This document shows, piece after piece, positions 62,117 through 64,000 of a stretch of DNA of 64,000 nt. The stretch is from Tubulanus polymorphus (Eukaryota > Animalia > Nemertea). Positions within the stretch are counted from its first letter, which is position 1. Each line of letters opens with the position of its first letter. The translations under genes were made by a program, and so were the position numbers. The DNA is taken from the NCBI RefSeq assembly GCF_964204645.1, contig NC_134025.1, positions 17,149,101 through 17,213,100 on the forward strand. The letters run 5' to 3'. The notes under the pieces are model-generated. The model was not told the origin of the DNA. It did no database searches and saw nothing but the letters and a program-made list of their open reading frames with translations.

Positions 62117-63505
62117 ATGGTAGATAGTTTTCCAAAAGCTTTCCAATATAATAAATCAATTAAATATAATATTCCAGCAATAGATTTTAATAAAGATATT
62201 ACATATAGAAATGAAGTTTTAGATTCATTAACTAATTTAGAAATTTATGTTACTGAAACTAATAATTTTAATGCAAAGATGGAAAATATATTTCATGTAT
62301 ATTTAATTAATTTTAAGAAATTGAAAGATGAAAAACAATGGTTATTAAAATCTAATATGAAGTATTGGCAGAACCAATTAAATTTTGCTGTTTATTGTGC
62401 AACAACAGGTTGTGGAATTAGTTGGAATGATCATTTGAATAATTCTAAATATAAATTAATTCAAAGTTTATTTAGATTTCATACATACTTTCAAATCAGA
62501 ATAATATTAAATGAATTAGAGTGCGCTTTACCAGGATCTAGATATTTTAAAGAATTAGATAATAATATTAATTTATCAAAGTTTTATAAAATTTGTAATG
62601 AATTTAATATAGATATAAATAATTCTGATTTTAGAACAAAAATTGGAACAATAAGATCACTTCCTTGCCCTAAAAAGATTGCAGAATATTGTGCACTTCC
62701 CATACCATCTAATAGTTTTTATAATATCTATAGTAATAAATTAGGTTATGGTAAAATAGAAACAAAGGATTTAGAAACATTAAATTTCAATAAATTACCG
62801 ACATTTTATGATAATTTAAAACAAGAAAACAATAATGGTTGGGTTTATTTCATTTTAGAAAATAATGAAGGTTTTACAAAATCAGGTATACAAAGAATAA
62901 ATCAATCTATTAGAACTTATTTGATATGTATTTTAGGTGCGCAAGTTGAAACAAGATCCCCGATAATTGGAAATTTGAATACATCATTTGATACACAGAA
63001 ACAATTCAAAGTATTATTTGAAGATTCCATTCATAATGATAAAAATAGATCGATTCCAGAAAACATTGTAAGATATCAAAATTATTTAGATAAATCACAT
63101 ATTAGATTAAATTATTGTATAGGCCCTAATCTATTTATTATTTCCAATGATTTAGTATTAAAGATGGGAAATATAATTGGTTATAATAATCTAATTAAGA
63201 CTGCAACAATAAATAATAAGTTTGGATTAAATGATATAAATAAAAAGATTATTACTGCTCCAAAACTAATGGAAGGTGAAAAAATTAAAAAACACATTCA
63301 ATCAACAGAAACTAAAACTAAGAATATTAAATTAAATAATGATTCTAAAATAAAAGATTACAATACATCAGAAAATATTAAAACTGATAATATTCAACAT
63401 GATATAATTAAACTAAATGATGATAATAAATCCCATGAAAATACTAAATTAGCTATAACTTGTATAGGAATTGTAATCGGAGGAATATTATATTTTAAAT
63501 TTTAA
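62117..63505 (+). CDS. Conserved 462-aa virus protein with C-terminal TM (only intact copy)
   Basis: Uninterrupted ORF; fragments occur in A-D. Confidence 0.82.
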   Translation: MVDSFPKAFQYNKSIKYNIPAIDFNKDITYRNEVLDSLTNLEIYVTETNNFNAKMENIFHVYLINFKKLKDEKQWLLKSNMKYWQNQLNFAVYCATTGCGISWNDHLNNSKYKLIQSLFRFHTYFQIRIILNELECALPGSRYFKELDNNINLSKFYKICNEFNIDINNSDFRTKIGTIRSLPCPKKIAEYCALPIPSNSFYNIYSNKLGYGKIETKDLETLNFNKLPTFYDNLKQENNNGWVYFILENNEGFTKSGIQRINQSIRTYLICILGAQVETRSPIIGNLNTSFDTQKQFKVLFEDSIHNDKNRSIPENIVRYQNYLDKSHIRLNYCIGPNLFIISNDLVLKMGNIIGYNNLIKTATINNKFGLNDINKKIITAPKLMEGEKIKKHIQSTETKTKNIKLNNDSKIKDYNTSENIKTDNIQHDIIKLNDDNKSHENTKLAITCIGIVIGGILYFKF

Positions 63506-63521
63506 TTTTTGTATTATGTAA

Positions 63522-64000
63522 ATGGCAGAAGGTGTGGAAGATATTGGAATGGATACTTTTGATAAACCCGGCATAACTGAAGAACAACCACCTGATTTTA
63601 GTGAAACAAGTTTTAATGATGATAATGAGCCAGAATATAATACTAATTTAGGTGAAGATGATGATTATGATGGAATTAATTCCGAATTACGTGAAAAATT
63701 AAATGAAATTAAAATTAAAATAACAGGTGTAGTTGTAAACGAAATATTGCCAAAAGATGTAATAGATGAAATTGGTTCAGAAGAAATTGTAAAACTAATT
63801 TTAAAAGATGATCCATTTTTCATGAATAATTTAGAATTTAAAAATGATGTGTGGTATTATAATCTTGAATTAAATGGTGAAAATGTAAAATTAAGATTAT
63901 CTAAAATGGGACAAGAAAGTATGTATGCACCTAAAATGTTAGCAAGATCTACAATTGAACATTCAAAAGGTGGTTCAGAATTTATCAGAATTATATGGAA
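63522..64000 (+). CDS. Acidic protein upstream of MCP, divergent allele (runs off-window)
   Basis: MAEGVEDIGMDTFDKPGITEEQPPDFSETSF matches A/B, then diverges. Confidence 0.7.
   Translation, partial: MAEGVEDIGMDTFDKPGITEEQPPDFSETSFNDDNEPEYNTNLGEDDDYDGINSELREKLNEIKIKITGVVVNEILPKDVIDEIGSEEIVKLILKDDPFFMNNLEFKNDVWYYNLELNGENVKLRLSKMGQESMYAPKMLARSTIEHSKGGSEFIRIIW

Larger units (their letters stand above)
54923..64000 (+). mobile_element. Polinton-like copy E (runs off-window)
   Basis: AGTAATAGGGG terminus; genes collinear with and near-identical to D. Confidence 0.92.

Noticed and set aside
1-64000. Alternative genetic code or programmed frameshifting explaining split ORFs
   Set aside because: Stops and frameshifts fall at different positions in each copy, and intact alleles exist; this is decay or sequencing error.
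1-64000. Bacterial prophage or plasmid
   Set aside because: BEL, LINE and hAT elements and chromodomain integrases indicate a eukaryotic chromosome.

Overview
Very AT-rich eukaryotic (probably invertebrate) locus made almost entirely of nested mobile DNA. It holds five related Polinton/Maverick-type endogenous dsDNA viruses: A (minus, <1-10241), B (10242-~19430, left part cut by A), C (20017-31057, internal deletion), D (full length, 35804-53126, ~340-bp TIRs) and E (54923->64000). They share a near-identical structural module (minor capsid, small membrane proteins, major capsid) joined to exchangeable replication (pPolB) and integrase/ATPase modules. No adenovirus-type protease was recognised. 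Also present are a CR1/L2-type LINE fragment, a BEL/Pao LTR retrotransposon split by D and by a 412-bp Polinton-ended MITE, and a hAT-like fragment split by E. Most virus genes are frameshifted. Most interesting: (1) the C-terminal remnant of a giant-virus-type intein at the D|TDS catalytic motif of A's pPolB; (2) a VLTF3-like late transcription factor, poxvirus-like TAAATG starts and T-run ends at almost every gene, and an NCLDV-type HNH nuclease, together suggesting a virophage-like, helper-virus-dependent lifestyle; (3) long terminal hairpins whose inner ends recreate the element terminus; (4) a covarying non-coding stem-loop conserved in three copies. All protein assignments come from motif recognition by eye; no database search was run.
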